From: Macrostomum lignano
Lineage: Eukaryota
Assembly: GCA_002269645.1 (NCBI GenBank)
Contig: NIVC01002367.1
Coordinates: forward strand, 115,947 to 179,946
DNA length: 64,000 nucleotides
Direction of reading: 5' to 3'
Under the pieces are notes generated by a model that made no database searches, was not told the DNA's origin, and saw only the letters and a list, made by a program, of their open reading frames with translations. Of this stretch, positions 60,106 to 64,000 are shown in pieces. Position 1 is the first letter of the stretch, and each line of letters opens with the position of its first letter. Both the position numbers and the translations under genes were made by a program.

Positions 60106-63057
60106 AGAGAAGAGAGGGAGAAAAGAGAGGGAGAGAAGAGAGGGAGAGAAGAGAGGGAGAGAAGAGAGAAGAGAGGGGAGAGAAGAGAGGGAGAGAAGAG
60201 AGGGAGAGAAGAGACAAGAGAGGGGAGAGAAGAGAGGGAGAGAAGAGAGGGAGAAAAGAGAGGGAGAGAAGAGAGGGAGAGAAGAGAGGGGAGAGAAGAG
60301 AGGGAGAAAAGAGAGGGAGAGAAGAGAGGGAGAGAAGAGAGGGAGAGAAGAGAGGGAGAGAAGAGAGGGAGAGAAGAGAGGGAGAGAAGAGAGGGAGAGA
60401 AGAGAGGGGAGAGAAGAGGCAGAGAGAAGAGAGAAGAGGTAAAGAAGAGAGAAGAGAGGGAAGAGAAGAGGGGAGAGGAGAGAGGGAAGAGAAGAGAGGG
60501 AGAGAAGAGGCGGAGAGAAGAGAGAAGAGAGGGGAAGAGAAGAGAGGGGAGAGAAGAGGGGAGAGAAGAGGCGGAGAGAAGAGAGAAGAGAGGGAAGAGA
60601 AGAGGGGAGATGAGAGAGGGAAGAGAAGAGAGGGGAGAGAAGAGGCGGAGAGAAGAGAGGGAGAAAAGAGAGGGAGAGAAGAGAGGGAGAGAAGAGGGGA
60701 GAGGAGAGAGGGAAGAGAAGAGAGGGAGAGAAGAGAGGGAGAAAAGAGAGGGAGAGAAGAGAGGGAGAGAAGAGAGGGAGAGAAGAGAGAAGAGAGGGAG
60801 AAAAGAGAGAGAGAAGAGAGGGGAGAAGAGAGGGGAGAGAAGAGAGGGAGAAAAGAGAGGGAGAGAAGAGAGGGAGAGAAGAGAGGGAGAGAGAGAGAGA
60901 GAGAGAGAGAAGAGAGGGAGAGAAGAGGCAGAGAGAAGAGAGAAGAGGTAAAGAAGAGAGAAGAGAGGGAGAAAGAGGGGAGAGGAGAGAGGGAAGAGAA
61001 GAGAGGGGAGAGAAGAGGCGGAGAGAAGAGAGAAGAGAGGGAAGAGAAGAGAGGGGAGAGAAGAGGGGAGAGAAGAGGCGGAGAGAAGAGAGAAGAGAGG
61101 GAAGAGAAGAGAGGGAGATGAGAAGAGGGGAGAGAAGAGGGAGAGAAGAGAGAGAGGGAAGAGAAGGGAGAGAAGAGAGGAGAGAAGAGAGGGAGAGAAG
61201 AGGGGAGAGAGAGAGGGGAAGAGAAGAGGGAGAGAAGAGAGGGAGAAAAGAGAGGGAGAGAAGAGAGGGAGAGAAGAGAGGGAGAGAAGAGAGGAGAGAG
61301 AGAGAAGAGAGGAGAGAGAAAGAGAGGGAGAGAAGAGAGGGAGAGAAGAGAGGGAGAGAAGAGAGGGGAAGAGAGGGGAGAGAAGAGGGGAGAGAAGAGG
61401 CGGAGAGAAGAGAGAAGAGAGGGAAGAGAGAGGGAGAGGAGAGAGGAAGAGAAGAGAGGGGAGAGAAGAGGCGGAGAGAAGAGAGGGAGAGAAGAGAGGG
61501 GAGAGAAGAGGGGAGAGAGAGAGGGAAGAGAAGAGGAGGGAGAGAAGAGGCGGAGAGAAGAGAGAAGAGAGGGGAAGAGAAGAGAGGGGAGAGAAGAGGC
61601 GGAGAGAAGAGAGAAGAGAGGGGAAGAGAAGAGAGGGAAGAGAAGAGGCGGAGAGAGAGAGAAGAGAGGGGAAGAGAAGAGAGGGAAGAGAAGAGGCGGA
61701 GAGAAGAGAGAAGAGAGGGGAAGAGAAGAGAGGGAGAGAAGAGGGGAGAGGAGAGATGGGAGAGAAGAGAGGGAAGAGAAGAGAGGGGAGAGAAGAGAGG
61801 GGAAGAGAAGAGAGGGAGAGAAGAGGGGAGAGGAGAGATGGGAGAGAAGAGAGGGAAGAGAAGAGAGGGGAGAGAAGAGGGGAGAGGAGAGGAGGAAAAG
61901 AGAAAGCAAACGCGCCATCTGAAGCAATGGGGCCTCACCAGCAAAACAACGCCATTATCAATCGGATTGCCGTTAGCGCTGGCGGAGGGCGGTTCCACGT
62001 CAGCGAACGCCCGGGCAGCCGGAGCAGCGGCAACAGTGGGCGAGCCGGGATCGGACAGAGAGGAGGCAGCATTGACGGAGGATCTGGCGCCGCCGCCGAG
62101 GCAGCCGATGATGCCGCCACCGCCGCTGCTGCTGATGCCGCCAAGGCTGTCCGCTAAGGAGTAATAGTCATCGACTCCGTCCTGCGGATGCGACATTGTG
62201 CAAATTCAAAAATATAGTAAATCCAAGTTTTGTAGCAAGGATATGAATTTTTTTATGCCTGACAATTTTTTTTAGCTACGAAGCAGGTCACCAGTAGTTT
62301 TAATTAGAAAGAAATTTTAGCATGTTACGTAGAGACGATGATTCTAGTGTGTAAAGCTGTTTACGCTACATATCGGTAGGCATGAATATTCCAGTGTGTA
62401 AAAGGTATTTACGCTACATATCGGTAGGCATGAATATTCCAGTGTGTAAAAGGTATTTACGCTACATATCGGTAGGCATGAAGACTCCAGTGTGCAAAAG
62501 GTATTTACGCTACATATCGGTAGCATGAAGATTCCAGTTGCAAAAGGTATTTACGCTACATATCGGGAGGCATGAAGATTCCAGTATGTAAAGGGTATTT
62601 ACGCTACATATCGGTAGGCATGAAGATTCCAGTGTGCAAAAGGTATTTACGCTACATATCGGTAGGCATGAAGATTGAGGTGTGTAAGTTTTTCACTTAA
62701 AAGTTAAAACTATTAAAACTATCACTTAAAACTATCGTGCTTAAGGTAGATTCGAGTTTGAGTAGCTCAAGGCCTGAGTAATTTGGAAAAGTTAATAACA
62801 GTTGGGTAGGCAGACAAACCTCGACAGAAGCCACGCCACCCATGCTGTCGACATAAGGGGCGGCAGCACCAGCGACGGCGGCACCGCCGGCGGCAGTCGA
62901 TGGGATTCGACCTTCCAGATCCGAGGAGCCGCGGCGACGTCGCTGACGGCGGTCGCGCAAGGCGAGGCCGACAGCTTTGAGAATGTCCAGCTTGCACAGG
63001 GGGCAGTTGCGCTGGTCCAGCAGCCAAGGGTCGATGCAAGAACGGTGGTAGAAGTGC
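55640..63057 (-). CDS. 3' exons of a Goliath/RNF130-like RING-H2 E3 ligase (5' part beyond the window)
   Basis: Exon 63057-62820 encodes [28 protein letters not shown], with the acceptor after the expected LPCx junction. Exon 62181-61939 is phase 0-0. A candidate last exon 55744-55640 ([20 protein letters not shown]...*) is phase 0 and less certain. Confidence 0.8.
56140..56898. repeat. 21-bp minisatellite (gcgctaaaatgagtgcctgcg)
   Basis: About 36 copies, preceded by a GGGGGGACA...TGTCCCCCC hairpin at about 56041-56070. Confidence 0.97.
57768..58312. repeat. ~42-bp minisatellite with core tacgctacatatcggtaggcatg, array 1
   Basis: About 12 degenerate copies. Confidence 0.9.
58800..59090. repeat. 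(TCTG)n microsatellite
   Basis: Visible directly in the sequence. Confidence 0.97.
59510..61895. repeat. (GA)n plus ~2.2-kb polypurine GAGAAGAGAGG satellite
   Basis: Almost only A/G on the plus strand. Confidence 0.97.
62355..62680. repeat. 43-bp minisatellite with the same core, array 2
   Basis: About 7-8 well-conserved copies. Confidence 0.92.
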
Positions 63058-63124
63058 CTGGGGAGGCGGGGCAACAGAGTGATACATTCTAATTGATCGA
63101 ATTAACAATCTACTGAGTCTACCT

Positions 63125-63925
63125 CACAATCTACCGAGTTTACGTCACAATCTACCGAGTTTACCTCACAATCTACTGAGTCTACTTTACAACCTGCTGG
63201 TTGGTACTTGTAAACTACCAGTTGGAATTTACAATCTACCAGTTGGAATTTACAATCTATCAGTTGGAATTCACAATCTACCAGTTGGAATTTACAATCT
63301 ATCAGTTGGAATTCACAATCTATCAGTTGGAATTTACAATCTACCAGTTGGAATTTACAATCTATCAGTTGGAATTCACAATCTACCAGTTGGAATTTAC
63401 AATCTATCAGTTGGAATTCACAATCTACCAGTTGGAATTTACAATCTATCAGTTGGAATTCACAATCTATCAGTTGGAATTTACAATCTACCAGTTGGAA
63501 TTTACAATCTATCAGTTGGAATTCACAATCTACCAGTTGGAATTCACAATCTACCAGTTGGAATTTACAATCTATCAGTTGGAATTCACAATCTACCAGT
63601 TGGAATTTACAATCTACCAGTTGGAATTCACAATCTATCAGTTGGAATTCACAATCTACCAGTTGGAATTTACAATCTATCAGTTGGAATTCACAATCTA
63701 CCAGTTGGAATTTACAATCTATCAGTTGGAATTTACAATCTACCAGTTGGAATTTACGATCTGACGGTTGGAATTTACAATCTGCCAGTTGGAATTTACA
63801 ATCTACCAGTTAAAATTTACAATTTACCAGTTGGAATTACAATCTACCAGTTAAAATTTACAATCCACCAGTTGGAATTTACAATCTGCCAGTTGGAATT
63901 AACTATCTACCAGTTGGAATTCACA
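63125..63925. repeat. 21-bp minisatellite (acaatctaccagttggaattt)
   Basis: About 35 copies, with degenerate edges. Confidence 0.97.
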
Positions 63926-64000
63926 ATGGAAGAAGACCAGCAAATCGCAAAGAATATGCTATATAGTTTCTCGCTAAAAGCAGCAGAGGCAATAAATAAT

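Noticed and set aside
59497-62196. 899-aa, 774-aa and 348-aa ORFs
   Set aside because: They are translations of the GA-rich satellite. Only 62181-61939 has splice signals and coding character.
57768-62680. CRISPR-like look of a conserved 23-bp core with variable ~20-bp spacers
   Set aside because: The spacers are homologous to each other, there are no cas genes, and the context is a eukaryotic intron.
53769-63764. Periodic ORFs (MILARLAIHSIPIHL, MGNPILR, MSACGAK, YQLEFTI)
   Set aside because: Stop-free minisatellites with unit lengths divisible by three, open in several frames or strands. No evidence of coding.

Overview
Repeat-dense eukaryotic (animal-like) genomic DNA with GT-AG introns, minisatellites and nested transposons. 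The composition is reminiscent of the flatworm Macrostomum, but that is only an impression. There are no prokaryotic features, CRISPR arrays, rRNA or tRNA genes. Main contents: (1) a non-autonomous LTR element with three LTR-like units (112-1918); (2) a divergent gene pair - an orphan 259-aa ORF and a spliced gene joining an OTU cysteine protease to only the C-terminal half of a PIF1-type helicase (Helentron-like cargo) - with a Penelope-like remnant carrying a degenerate minimal hammerhead motif between them; (3) a deleted Gypsy 3' half with an extra ORF; (4) an unknown multi-exon gene whose Ala/Pro-rich exon is triplicated inside a 1.69-kb satellite-containing tandem repeat; (5) a nested cluster at about 25-41 kb where solo LTRs of one family split a Polinton-type protease, a Merlin transposase and a HINE-like element; (6) an intact Gypsy element (41159-46226) with a -1 frameshift heptamer, pseudoknot and a tRNA-Tyr-like PBS; (7) many minisatellites; (8) the 3' exons of a minus-strand Goliath/RNF130-like RING-H2 gene. 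Family assignments are from motif recognition only, without database searches, and coordinates were counted by hand.
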